64,000 bases of DNA. It comes from Proteromonas lacertae. Its lineage: Eukaryota. Below, piece after piece: positions 12,222-26,917 of the stretch; the first letter of the stretch is position 1; every line of letters starts with the position of its first letter. The stretch spans positions 62,001 to 126,000 of the forward strand of contig NGBS01000003.1 in NCBI GenBank assembly GCA_002245135.1. The letters are read 5' to 3'. A program made the translations under genes and the position numbers. The notes beneath the pieces are model-generated. The model was not told where the DNA came from and made no database searches. It saw only the letters and a program-made list of their open reading frames with translations.

Positions 12222-14060
12222 TTAATCAACAATTCCTTGTCTTTTCTGATAATCTTCTTGACACAACACCAAAGACTCTTCTTTCACTACATTACCTTGA
12301 TGTGTGGAAACATTTAACAAAAAATAATCTCCACGAAACGGTCTTTTACAATCACTGCACTTAAAACAACATTTATGATAATATTTACCTAAACCAACAA
12401 CAGGATCGTGAAATATTCGAGTACCACATTCAAAACAAACTTGAGGGTTTGGATAATCTTTTACGCAATAAAATAATCCATTATTCTCTAAATATGACGG
12501 ACCAATCAACATGCAATGACATATACAACATGTAAAACATTCACTATGATAATAATCTGTTTTATATGTTACACAATCACCGATAATTGGTTGATTACAT
12601 TTCTTACAGGTTTTTATGTTTCTTAAACGATAATGCTTCTCACAAAAGTTCCTTGAAGTTACAATTCCATTTTCATTAATATTCATAGTATAACAAGGAG
12701 ATTTACCAAATGGAGTTTTACAATCATAACAACAATAACATGTATCATGATAAAAGTGTTCATTTCCTAACTTTATATATTTTCCTTTAATAATTTCATT
12801 GCATTCATAACATTTTAATCCAAAATTTTTATAATAATCTTCACTACAATATAAGTTATTATTTTCAATTCTGAATGTTTGATTAATTAGTGATTTGTGA
12901 CAGACAATACAATTAAAACATTGATCATGGTAATAATAATCTCTTATCAATGTCATATCTTCATAAGGCTGAATGATTTTGTGACAGTTTTTACATATTT
13001 TATTGATGTTATTATTTCTATTTCCTTCTTTCCATACAACTTTGGGAGTATTACTTTAAAAATAGATAAATATATATATATATATATATACTCTACAATT
13101 AATCCTTTTCTTAAATAAGGGAAATGATCAAAAATCATAGTGCAAAACAATATATTTTGAGTTTCTTACAAAAGAAAAAAGAGTAAATTAAAAAACAACT
13201 AAATAAAAACATGTTTATTGTTATAGAAAAAAATGATATAACTCCTTTGATGATATCTTCTGGATATATATTCATTGATAATCCAGCTTTACTCATTGAA
13301 GCAATAATATATTCCAATCTATCTTTAGGAGTATCAAATAACTTTGCTGGAAAATCAATTGGATTTAAATGATGTAATAATGTATAATAAATAACTCCAT
13401 CTTTAAGATCAGATGTATAATTAGTAATCCTTCTCGAACTATTAGCTTGCTCTAAATGATAATTGATCCATCTCATTAATAAGTCTAAAGGATTGATATT
13501 GTTGAAATGAGTAGCTGTTTCTGATTCTATTTTTAATTCGTTTAGTTCAGGATGAAGAGTGGTGGAAATGTTTTTACTTACATCATATTTCACTGCTTGC
13601 CATAATATAGCTAATACTAATTTCGGCTAGATTCAATAAATAATAATATTATATACATTACCACTCGACAAATCGTTTGCTCCTATATTGATAATATGTA
13701 AACCAATCTCTTTTGCTGCATTAAGGGCTAGATTATGATTTTCGACTATCTTAAAGACGTTGGGGTTCTTCTCATTTATTTTATTCTTCATTATGACATC
13801 TGGTTTAATAACATTCATTAGATGACTATAGAATTATATAAGTATATGATGCACAAAAGATTTTATTCTTACCAAAGAAGAATGCCATCCTTAACTTTAT
13901 CAAACAACTCGTTTCCACTTGGATTAACTGGTAAATATGACGATAAATTTTCTTCGTCTTTCAACATCGCATTTAAATGTTCAACGATTCCTCGCTATGT
14001 AATGTATACATGTTATTATACTTTTTCAGCTTCAAATTGTTCAGCGTTTTCGCTCTCCAT
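12222..14060 (-). CDS. Fimbrin/plastin-type tandem CH actin-binding domain fused to four LIM domains
   Basis: ATG 14060. Plastin ABD1 motifs LFDKVKDGILLC, ENHNLALNAAKEIG..NIGANDL, LLMRWINYHL, SDLKDG, followed by four CxxC..HxxCxxCxxC..Cxx(D/H) LIM repeats. One junction needs a non-canonical intron (see findings). Confidence 0.88.
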
Positions 14061-14148
14061 ATTTTGAATAGGATGAGAGATTGAAAGGGATATGAATTAA
14101 TACTAAAAATAGAGTCGTTTCAGGCTTTTCTGTTACTTTTTTTTTCTG

Positions 14149-16092
14149 ATGAGACATTATCTGAATGCTAAATATAAGAAAGCTGGTATTTTTAATGTGT
14201 ATATATTTATAGCTCTCAGAATACAATGTTACTGGCGAATGTATGCTGCTCGAATGGTGAGAAGAAGGTTAGAAGGAGAAGTATTGTCATATCTATTATA
14301 AATAGAGACAAAGAAAAATAAATATTGCCAAAAGAACTGTTCATGTTGGATGTATTTTTGGAAAAGGTTTATATGATAATCATCCTATGTCTAGAAAAGA
14401 AGTTACACAAAAAAGAAAAGATAGGATAAAAATGTTCTCACCGCAACTCAAAACATACAAAAGTATTCTAGATCGACCTCCTGGGACAAGGACAAGAGAT
14501 GAATGTGTTGCATTAGTACCACTATTAATGAAAGAAACGATATTTTTAGAATTAAACCTAAAGAGAGAGAATTTAGTTGATATAGCTCAAATTTCAGAAT
14601 CTCACTCTTATATTCCTGCTGATTTGAAACAATGTGAATACATGGCATATTGTGTTGTATTTGTAGGAGCAGCTACATTATCCGTACTATCAGAAACAGG
14701 GTATATATATGTTCATTCATTTGCTTTTATTTATTATATTAATAGAGAATGGGTAGAAGTGACAACATTATATCCTGGTGACACGTATAGTATAGAACCA
14801 TTTCTGGACAACCCAGAAAGAGTGAAATTAGAATCAACACAATCAACAACACTGTTTTCAGTTCCACTTCGTAGAATGCAACAATTACTATCATATTGGG
14901 GGAAAGAATCACATGAAAAAGCATCAGAATTTCTAGCTACTTTACCAGGTATTAACGAATGTGATGCAAATGAGCTTGCTTGGTTAACAAGCCATGTGAC
15001 TTTCCACTTTGTAGGATATGATACTGTATTATTTGAAGAAAATGACATCATTGACCTTAATCGATTAATTCCAATAATTAAGAAAGGAGAAGTGAAATTA
15101 ATAAAACACACACAAACAATGTCACCAACATCATCACATATAATACATTACAATAATAACAATAATGATGATTTAACTAGACCAGAATCTATCGAATTAT
15201 GTAAATTAGGTCCATCTTCAGTATTTATTGACGCATTTACGTTGGAATTATGGGGTGACGAAATTAGTAACCCAAAACTAAACCCCAAATATTCAATAAT
15301 GTTGCGACGAAGTTGTACACTAGTTTCAACTTGTCCAACAGAAGTAGGATGGATGTCTCAAACTGCATTCTTTTATTTATCTGAAAAAGTACGAAATAAA
15401 CTTGTAGAAAACTGTATAATCCATATACCAACATCTGCTGAAATTGGAAGGTTATTAACTGAACATAAATTATGGAATCAATTTAAGAATAATCTAATTA
15501 ACGATACTCTAATGAAAGCTGCAAGAGAACATCAAAATGAGTTGATTAATCATCCAGTAGTTGATAGAGATGGTTTAGATATTGATAGAAGAAATAGATT
15601 ATTTGGATGTAATCCGAATGATTTGGTTGATAAGAAAGAAGAGAAACCAATTGCTATTTCTACATGGAGTGATATATATGGGCCAAATATACAAGTATAA
15701 ATTTTTTATATTTTATTTATTTATTTATATAGATGGTTATTCCTGTTCGTAAACCTTCCGATCGTTGTGCATATACTGAAGACATGCCAATATCAGGTAG
15801 TCAATGGATAAAAACTCCATCAATTATATTATACCGATATTTAGGATATTATGATCATCATAAAGAAGGAGTGTATGATTTACCACGAATCAATCGAAGA
15901 TATTTATATAACAATACACCAATAACCAATACAGAAATAACACAAGAAAAAAAGAAGAAAATTAAAAAACATGAAGTTTTTACAGATTTTAAATTACCAA
16001 CTGAAATTCCTTATTTAAATACTGATGAGATGTGTGCTCCAGAACCACCTCCTGTTAATCCGTTATTACCTAAAATGACTTCTGATTCAAAC

Positions 16093-16135
<43 letters not shown>

Positions 16136-16317
16136 GAAAGAAATCTACAAGTCAAGTAAGACCTGTCACTTGTCCTGATTTGAGGAAGAATTATGGAGAG
16201 AATAGATGGGATAGAAGTAAGAAATATGATAAGAAGATATGCCATAAGAAGTTTAAATCTACATATTCTAATTTAGTTGTACCTATAACTCATTTGAGTA
16301 AAGTATCGAAAATGTAA
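14149..16317 (+). CDS. IQ-motif + degenerate cyclic-nucleotide-binding-domain protein (CNBD-like)
   Basis: Spliced N-terminus AALRIQCYWRMYAAR (IQ), ILDRPPGTRT, two cNMP-like barrels (VTTLYPGDTY; VLFEEND...IIKKGEVKL...LGPSSVF...RSCTLVS). Intron 15695-15732 joins the last ORF. Confidence 0.7.
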
Positions 16318-16512
16318 ATATTGAATATTAATTTTAGTAATTTTTAACATATATTTGATTATGTATTGTAATGTATATATATAAAAATACAAATAGATGA
16401 ATATGTATTATTTTTCATTTTCTATAACGGATATAATTTTGAAATATAATTTAAATTAATTTTTCTCTTTGTTCATCCAATATTACAGCAAATTAAATCA
16501 ATAGTTTGATAC

Positions 16513-19328
16513 ATGAAAAAGTCTAAATTACTTTTATTGGTTTTAACTGTTATTCTATTTTCATCTATAGTATATTTTATGAGTTTACATTGTAGTGGTA
16601 TTTGTATTCAACGTTTGGAATAATTCAACAAGAAGTAAATGTTACACATGATTTACAAAGGATAAAAACAAACGGTACAGTTAATCCACCATTTCAAAGT
16701 GAAAATGAGTTTAATAATACTTTAAATTCTATCAGTATACCAACTGAAAAACCTTTTATAATCTGTAACATCCCATCTCCACAGATGGATGAAACTAATG
16801 TTGATCAAAGAATATTTCCTCTTCCAAAGTTTCATAAATATGGAAACCAGAAAACAACACTCTCTACAAATGTTAAATACATAGTTCATTATCCAAAAGA
16901 CATTGATGCAAAGTTTCTGAAAGATGTATTACACTTTCATTGTAATATTGTTGGAAAAGTGACTGATGAATCGTATGATAATATTGATTCTATATACAAT
17001 AGGAAAGAATCAAAACCTGATCAATTAAACTATGTAGAAATCACAATTGAAACTTCAACAGATGCAAAAGTCAATGAATATCCACAATTCCCAATGGATG
17101 AAAGTTATTCAATAACAATACAACAACAAATAGCAAAAATAAAATCAAAGACAATATATGGTACAATTAGAGCATTAGAAACGTTTCTACAGTTTACAAC
17201 ACCTTGTGGAATATCTATTCCATTTCCAACCACAATAAGTGATTCACCAAGATTTAAGTGGAGAGGATTATCGTTTGATTCTAGTAGACATTATTTTCCA
17301 ATTAGTTATATTAAGAAAGTAATAGATGGCTTGAGTTATAATAAGTATAACACTTTACATTGGCATATTACTGATGCTGTTTCATTTCCATTGGATATTC
17401 CTAAATATCCAGATTTAGCTAAAAAAGCAGGACATAGTGAAAAACAAATATATAAAGAAGAAGATATTAAAGAATTAATTAGTTATGCAAAAATCAGAGG
17501 TATTAGAATTGTCCCTGAAGTTGATAGTCCTGCTCACACAGGTGCATTATATAAATATGATAAAGAGACAATTGTTACATGTAAAGAACCAAATTTTGAT
17601 AAATATAAAGAAGTTGACAAATTCGCTATAAATCCTTTAAGTGAGAAAACAATCAAACTAATTGTATATATATATATATTATTAATTAATAGCATGATAT
17701 TTATGATTATGTTAGTGGTTTATTTCCAGATAAATATTTTCATTTAGGAGGTGATGAAATAGACGTTTCTTATTGGTATTGTGATGAAAAAATAAAGAAA
17801 TATTGTGCAGATCACAACATTACAGTAAAGAATCTACTTCAAAAATATCTAATTGATATTTCCAACTATGTAAAGAATAAAAATAAAATTGTATTATTTT
17901 GGGAAGGAGCATTTGATAGTGGAGCTTCATTAGATAAATTTGTAGGAAAAGAATCATGGAAATGTTGGTCAAATTTAGGATTTAATTCATTTAGTTCAGC
18001 AGTGAATGAAAAAAGACAAGCTATTCAAGCATCGTAATTATATACTATTAAATATTATAAATTGAAATAGATGTACTTATTTAGATTATAATAATTATTG
18101 GTATGAGTATTACCAACATGATATTGTGAATGATGTTAGAAAGAATAGACCTTCAAAAGACTCTGAATATATTTTAGGAGGTGAAGCTGCTTTATGGTGT
18201 GAAGGAATTGATATTACAACATTGGAATATCGACTATGGCCTAGAGCAAGTGTAATATCTGAAATGTATTGGAATGAACATCAAGTATAATTTTTATTAC
18301 TATATATTTTCTACATAATAGGATCCAAAAGAAGTATTACATCGTTTAGTAACTCAATCTGAAAGAATGAGAAACAGAAATATAAAAGTATCACCTTTTA
18401 CTTATGAGTATAAACCAGGAAGACCATATAAACCAAGTACATCTGATAATGGTTATTCTGGTTATACAATAGAAGCATCAGTATATAATTTATCTTTATT
18501 TTAGCATGATGGATTTCCTCCATTTTTAAATCAAAGAACTCAAAGAAATACATTTGATAAAACAATCTCAATAATGGTTTATGATATTGAAGATATAAAT
18601 AATAACAAAAATGAATTTACTGATTTAATAATGTCGATATTACCAACATTTGTATTTTTATACAATGTAAATATAAATGATGGGTCAATAATGCAATGGG
18701 CTGCTGATAATGGATATGCTTACAGTCATTTAATAAAAACACCCAAATCACATTGCATATTCTCAAGCCATCCATTTGAAATAATTACAGAAGATAAAAA
18801 GAATTTCAAAAACGGATTATTACATATAAAAATTGAAAAAATCAATTATATTGTATATATTATTACTAATTGTTAAATATATTGAATAGAGTGTATGTGT
18901 TAGTGATGATATAAAAGTGATAAAACAAGAAATTCTATCCATAATAAAATACATAGAAGGATATAAAGAAGAAGTATATATATATTTATTTAATTATATT
19001 TATGAAATAATAGCCAATATATATAATTGGAGAAATGAATTCACTTTCTCAATCAGATAGTTCAAATTATAAAGATATAAAGAATATTATGTTTGTTGAA
19101 AATGGCAAAGTTAATTATGAATCAATAAAAACAATATTGAGTAATGGTTTTACTGATATATCTTCATCACAATCGATCAGTACATTCAATATTGATAATA
19201 AATCAGTTCGAAGTGATTATATTTTTATTAATAATCAAGTGAATGTAATGAGTAATTTAAAGTGTGAGAATGTGAATGAGAAAAAGAAGATGTCAAATCA
19301 TATTCCTTTCATTTGTAGATGGGAGTAA
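16513..19328 (+). CDS. Type II membrane GH20 beta-hexosaminidase fused to a C-terminal degenerate EEP domain
   Basis: WRGLSFDSSRHY, HWHITDAVSFP, VPEVDSPAH, catalytic HLGGDE, GGEAALWCE, WPRA. The frame continues through short introns into PIYIIGEMNSLS...RSDYIF...SNHIP. Confidence 0.88.
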
Positions 19329-19694
19329 TTATTTAATGTTAATAATAATAGTTTAAATTTTTGATAATTCTTTCTATTCAATTCTATTGAAACACTATAT
19401 TAAACATGAAGAATCACTATCTATTCATCATACACTATCTCAGATACACAATTAAACTGTTATATAGCCGCATAAATCATGCACTACTAATATACTTATT
19501 AAACAATAGAAAACACGTATTAATACAAGTACTTCAACAAAGTAGCTTCATAGAGCATAATAAAAGGATTTATACATCAATATAATCTTCAATATAGGTA
19601 TTTAGGATGTTTTTTTAATCTTTTTAATTTTTGGGTTATTCAAAATTTTGATAAAAATCCAATTTCGTTATTTTTGTTTTATATTTACATAAAG

Positions 19695-21815
19695 ATGATA
19701 ATAAAAGTAAATAAAAGCATAAGAGAAGAGGGGTATATTTTATATTTAATTTTATGATAGATTATGTCGAAAATTGGTTGAAAGTGGTTTTGGTGATATA
19801 GAAGTGAAGATTGGAGATAATCGAATAATGTCAATCAAGTCAATTTTAGTGAATGGAAATGAAACTGTAAAGAAACTGTTGTTAGATGGTGAGTTTGTTG
19901 GAGTTTTAGAGTTATATGAAGAAATCGAAGAAATTGGCTATTATGAGATGGAGAAATACTACAGTGGTGGTGAATTGATAATCTGTAAAGAGAATGTGTG
20001 TGAAGTGTTGATGTTTTGTTTATGTTATTGTGAAAAAGAGATAATAAATGATTGTTATGAATTTGTGAAGAATAATATAGATGATGAAGTATTAATGAAA
20101 TTAATTCATATCTGTAATGTATTTGGTGGATGTTTGAGAGAGATAGAAGACTTGAAAAATATGGAAATAGAAAAGCGAGGATATAAATATTTATATAAGA
20201 ATGAATATTTGTTGAGATTAGAAATGAATAATTTGAGTGAGATATTAAATATGAAAGATGTGATAATAGTGAATGAGTTATGGTTATTAAATCGGTTATT
20301 CGAATGGTATAAATTCCAAAAGAATAAGAAAGAAAATAAAGAGATACAAGATGATTTTAAACAATTGATAGAAGAAGATGTCGATGGTGAAAAGATAAAA
20401 GAGAAAGAGATAGAAAAAGAGAATAAAGAAATGCTGAAAGAAATGAAAATAGAATTAAAGAAAAATGAATGTAAAAATCATATAGAAATATATTGTATAA
20501 AAGATGAGAGAATTCAAAATGTGATAATCAACAATTACAATGAAGATAATAAAGAAGACTTTAATGAAGAAGAAAGAAGAATATTGAATAAAATGAAAGA
20601 AGAAGAATTGAATGATGAAATAATGTGTATATTAGAAATGGATAACATAAAAATAATCGAAATAGCATTGATGATAATGAAATATAAAAATATGAAAAAG
20701 GAAAGTATAAATACTAAAAATATATTTAAATAGAATATATCTCAAATATGGAAAAGAGAAATCTATTGGAAAGATTATATAAAGAATATAATGAGAATAA
20801 AAGAAATCGAACAATGAAATGTTTATGTTTGTTTGTTGATGGTAAAAAGAATATTTCAATAATAGAAGAAGTATGTGGAAAAGATATTCTTTTTAGAATA
20901 TTGAATGAAGATAATTATTTAAATTCCAAATCCAAAGAAATATTAATTGAATATATAAAAGAGAAGAAGTTGAGTTTAAAAGAAGAAGAAGAAATGATTG
21001 TAATAATGAAAGATAAAGAATTATTGAAAGAATTAAAAACAAAAGAAATCACATCATTTTCATATCCTCAATCAGAATATTCATTTGCTATTTATGAAGA
21101 AATATCAATAATTCCTTCATTTGATGGAAATCGATGTGAATTTTCAATAATTCCTTCATTAGTTGATGGTTTAATAATAGATAGAAAAAATGGAATAATT
21201 AATGGAAAAGTAGATAAAGAAATTAATAAGAGAGAATATGAAATAAGTTGTAAGAATATTGTAAATGAAAAGAAATTCAAAATGTCATTGGAATTTATTG
21301 ATATAAAGTTCACAGAATTAAACAAAAGTGATAAAATATCAATCTCAAATAATGGAAAAATAATAACAAAAACAAATGGTCTTTATAATCATTGTTATTT
21401 AAATCTGAAAATGGAAAATGGAATTTATCATATCAAATATAAATTTCATCAAAATGGAAGTTATTATAATAGTATGATGTTAGGATTATCAACTAATAAT
21501 ACATATTCTGGTGATTATATTTATAATCAATTAACAACATGTAATTATTTTGCATGCGTTGGTGTAAGTCAAGATATTACTAATGATTGTAATATTGGAA
21601 GAGTTGTTAATTCAAATCCAAATATCAACAATCATGGAGATGGTTCAATTTATGAAGTGATTGTTGATATGAATAAAAGAGAATTTTGGATAAGTCATAA
21701 TGATTCATATCCTGTTTTACTTGTTAAAGATTTACCTTCTCCATTATATCCATATGCTGCATTAATATTTGAAAACACATCAATAAAATTATTATCAGTT
21801 TCGCATCAGAATTAA
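19695..21815 (+). CDS. BTB/BACK + putative Ig (He_PIG-like) + B30.2/SPRY-like protein
   Basis: SGFGDIEVKIG..KSIL, KYYSGGELIICKENVCEVL (BTB). FSIIPSLVDGLIIDRKNGIINGK..YEISCKN (Ig). GIYHIKYK..MLGLS..IVDMNKREF..LPSPLYPYA (SPRY). Two short introns. Confidence 0.7.
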
Positions 21816-22093
21816 TATATTACAATCATATTATTTGATTAAATTGGTCTTTTTCGTTTAGAAATTATAAAATTTCATAAAAGCTCGAATTACTATTTTC
21901 AAGGCTTGATTGTTTTTATTAAACAATAAACAAATTACAATCTTTTGCTATGTTTTAATACTATCATCATGATATAATCAAATATATTATCAAAGAATTT
22001 AGATTAAAACACAAAATTCTAATATAAATCAGTTTAAATTCATTAAAATAAACAATATTCATCATATATTATATCATTCTTGTTAATTTATTT

Positions 22094-23050
22094 TCATTTT
22101 ATCCTTTCTATAATGATAAGGCTATTCAAATATAAAATGATTTTATTATACTCATCTTTATCATTTCTATTGAACTTCTTTCTATACTCTTCTTTTTCAA
22201 CATCTCATCTATAGCATTCGATATATTTTCACCATATTCACTCACTTTTATATAACTATCATGTAATATTGTTTCACTTATATCTATTCCATATTTTTCT
22301 TTAAATGGTAACTATTCATTATAATTATTATTATTATTTATATTTATAGAATACTTCTAGTTTACATAATTCATATAGTATTATACCTAACGTCCAAACA
22401 TCGGTTGCATTACTATATTCATCATCAGGAGCATCATAATTACTGGTATATAACTGAGACATTATTGATGATTGAAATTTACCTAGATTTGGAAAGCCCA
22501 ATTTTATATCTTTATCTTTATTCAGTAAAAATATATTCTCAGGTAAAATTTCTTGACATATAAATTTATGTTGATGTAAATATTCAACTACATCAAGTAA
22601 TTCATTAAACCATCTCAATATCACTTCTTTTTTGAATTTTATATCTAGTTTTTTAGCTTCATTTATTTTACTATATATTATTAGTAAATGCTGTATTTAT
22701 ATTATACTCTCTTAATGTAGGATAACTACAATAATCATATTCTAAAGTCATGAAATCACCATCTTCTTTTATATTGTGTAAATTTACTAAATTCTTGTGT
22801 CTAACATATATTTACTGTTGTATACTCCTTTTTTTTGAATTCTTTCAGTCTTTTACTTACAATTACCACATTCTTCGAGTTATCAGTGGATGGAACAAAT
22901 ATATTCGATTCCATAAATCCAGCTATCTTGCCTTTATCTGTATCATTAACCTATTATCACATAAATTGTAAATCTTACATATAAAGGTTTACCAAACTGG
23001 CCCATTACTTCTATTTTCGGCTTTGTTCCTGCAGCAGCAAATTTATTCAT
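22094..23050 (-). CDS. NEK-like pseudokinase
   Basis: HKNLVNL, ILRWFNELLDVVEYLH, ICQEILPENIFL (HRD lost), IKLGFP (DFG lost), YDAPD, TDVWTLGIILYELC, LPF. Five short introns. Confidence 0.75.
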
Positions 23051-23178
23051 CAGTTCCTTGTTTTCTTTTATTCAAATTTTTAAAAATTGAAATTTAAAAT
23101 GAACAAATCATCTCAAACCATGAATTTATTTTTCATCAAAAATAACAATAAATACATAAAAAATAACAATTTTAAGTA

Positions 23179-24392
23179 TTACTTTTTATTTAACACAGCA
23201 TTAATTAATAGTTGAGAATATTTTTCTAGCAATTGATTTGTTTGAGGATTATCTAATTCAATATCTGGTAATATACTTGACATTCCAGTCTTAATATCAG
23301 CCAAATCATTCATTGCACACGACAAACTGTCATTTAATATACTTGATTCATTCAAATCAGTGACAATTCTACTAGCATTTTCAACTTCTTTATACAAATC
23401 CATAGTTTCTTTAAACACCTTTTTCAAATTTTCAATTGAAGATCTAAGAGCATCTACTGGAGCTGGAATTGAAGGATTTGTTGTTGGTATTGGTGGAGGT
23501 GGTTGTTGATTAGCTACAGAAGCAGTAAGAGGTGATGATGATGGAGAATTTGAAGAAGGCTTAGATGGTTTAATAAATGGTGACTTTTGTTGTGTCTTTA
23601 CATCCGATTGTGGCTGTTGGGCTTGTTGTGATTCAATTTTAATCCCAAACTTTCCCAAATTATTTTTGGCATTTGCAATAGCATTTAAACATCCGTGAAT
23701 AGTCAATTTTCTATAGGTAGAAGTAAGGCATTCTCTACCACCATCATAATCATCATTTTCATTTTCATTATCTTCAATATTGTCATTTGATATTAACAGA
23801 TCTTCTTTATGGATAGAATCATTGATATTTATATCGTTATCATTATTGTTTGGGATATTTGGAATAGCAAATGAATCATCCACATCATTTTCAACTGTTG
23901 GAATTTTATTCTCAGAAATAGTAACCTTGTAATCAATAGAGGAATGAGTTTTATTCACTTTAATATTAGTTTGTTGATGACTCACTTCGTCTTTATTATC
24001 ATCTTTATCATCATCATCATTCTATATATATATATATAATAATAATAATATGTATTTATATAATACAATTAACTTCTTGGGTTGTATTGGAACAATTTTA
24101 CTTGGATCAACACTGCTTAATACTGATTTTTGTTCAATTTCACTACTCTTTACATTAACATTAGATCTTGCCCAGAGTGGAGTGGTACTATAAATAATAT
24201 ATAATTATATATATACTCATCTAATATTGGATTAACAATTGGTCTTGATTCTAATATATTTGGTGGTTTATTCGATAATGCATCATTAATTATCTTCTCC
24301 TGTATTGGATCTTTATTATTATTACTATTAATTTTACGATTTGGAGGATCTAATAAATCATTCATTTCACTATTATTCAATAGCAATGTGGA

Positions 24393-24425
<33 letters not shown>

Positions 24426-26917
24426 GATCTTGGAAGCTAATGGTATTGGTTTATTATTCTGCAATGGTAATGGTAATTGTTTTGTATTATTATTATTATT
24501 AATCTTTGCAACAGCTGGTGTATTAGTTGGTTGTGGTAAAGGAGGTGCTACAGCAGCAGCAGCTGATGATGATGATGTTTGTTGTTGTATAAATGGTGAT
24601 GGTGAATTAGATAATATATCCAATCCAGGGGATGTATCACTCAATGATATTGATGGAGGAATAGATATAGGTTTCTGTTGTTGTACCTTATTTTCAGATT
24701 CTATTTCTTTTCTTCTTACTTTAATTGAATGAGTAATATTTGAAGGTAATTTCCATATAAAGATTGTACCATCACCTGCACAAGTGATTAATTTCTTTCC
24801 ATTTTGACTGAATGCTAAGGAAATCGCTTTTTCTCCATGTCCAGAGACTTTTCCAGCTACTTCACCAGTCATTAAATCAAACAATCGAATGGTTTTATCA
24901 TAAGAACATACTGCAATATATAAACCAGATGGATCTACTTTTACTCTATATAATTCTTGTATATCATCAGGACGATAAGTTCTGAATGGTTTACCTCCAT
25001 TTAAGAACCAAATACCAATCGTTTTATCTTGTCCAACTGTTATAAAAAATTTATTCATTGGCTCAACAGCTATATCAAAGATCGAACCTCGAGCTGTATG
25101 TGTAATAGGTTTGACTATTTTCTTCCCAACTACTTCAGATACAATAATATATTTATCACTAGAAGCAGTAATAAAGTGTTTACCATCATTACTAAATCTT
25201 ACACATGTAATTGCACTGGTATGATTATCAATAGTTTGAATATATTTATGATCATCTGCTGAATCAAATATATGAATTAACCTATCTCTACTACACGTTG
25301 CTAATAGACTAGTATTATTATCACTTAATGGTAATATTGGTGAATATTCTATACCCAGTATTTCAGTAGTATGCGCTTGATATTTCTTTATTAATTTAAA
25401 TGTATTCATGGAGTAGATATAGATATTACCTTCACGATCACCAACTGCTAAATACTGATTGGATGGATGAAATGAGATTGATCGAACACCAGTTTTAGAA
25501 GTGGGGATTATTTCTGGGTCAAATGTTTGATTTATTACATTCTATAAATATAATAAAACGAATATAAAATACATTAATTGGTAATTCTTCATTTATTCCT
25601 ATCAACTTCAATAAATCTCTACTATATAATGAAGTCCATCTACTTTGATAAACTACATTCTTCGCTATTGTATTACTATTATCAATACTCCATATTCTAA
25701 TAGTATTGTCACTACTACAGGTCACAATTGTATTAGGTGGTATTACATCTGTATTTACTGTATTATTATTATTGTGGGGAATTTTCATATCCCATATTGC
25801 ATCATTATGACTAAATAATGTACAATGCAAGCCAGGCTCGTTCAAATTAGTGATATTCCATACATATATACTGTGATCACTATATAACACATAAGCACTT
25901 GATGAATCATTCGATAACCATACACTCAATACAGCTGGATATGTATAATCATTATTTTTTTCTCCAATAATATTACAATTCATATCATTCATTTGTTGAA
26001 TAGATAGTGGAAATGGTAAATCACTTATACACTCTAACGTATTTTGATTAATTAATAAAATATATCCGTTAATATGTCCAATAATAATATAATCGTTATT
26101 AATATCAATTGATAGAATATCTCCTTTCATTGTATCTACCCATTTCTCCATTATTAATGAGGATGTAAATAGACATAATTTCCCTTCATTAGAACATACA
26201 TATAATATATTTTTATTATTTCCACTACCATAACTTAACGATGTGAAAATACCATCTCCAAATCTGTCCATTTTTCCATTTTTACACTCTATTAACGGTA
26301 TTCCATCCATTGTTTTACTAGAATCTTTACCTACAGTGGAGAGAAAGTAAAATTTCACGAATTGTTCACCACATATTGCAAATGATTGGTTATCGCTGTT
26401 CCATGTCACATCATACATTTTGTATGACTTATTACTTAAATAAGCATAGGCATATTTAGACTGCTTCTCGATATTCCAAACATAAATGAAATGATCGTTT
26501 CTATAACCACAGCTGACCAAGTATTTACTATCTTTAGAAAATGACATACATGATATGCCATGACTATGACCAGTTAAACTGAATAATAGAGTTTTTTCGA
26601 TTGTATCCCAGATATAAATCATTGGACAATTACCACGCTCTCCTATAGCTAAATATTTACCATCTTCTGAATAGCATATTGATGACACAGGCTTTGAAGC
26701 AACATAATGAGCGACCTATAGGTTATATCATTAATATAAATATACCTGTTTGTTCTTTAAGGGACTATAAACAACTACCACACATCCACTACAGTATGCT
26801 ATCTCATTTGTGACTTTATTCACACAGAAAGAGGCTTTACTAAACGATGTGTTGCCAAACACTTTTTCGAGATGAATCTATACATTATCAAAAATAGTTT
26901 CATACATCTTCATTCAT
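23179..26917 (-). CDS. WDR62: MAPKBP1/WDR62 family WD40 protein
   Basis: N-terminal LEKVFGNT..IAYCSGCVVVVY, YSEDGKYLAIGERG, LLATCSRDRLIHIFD, DPSGLYIA, GDGTIFIWKL. C-terminal LLEKYSQLLINAV dimerisation helix. Confidence 0.9.
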
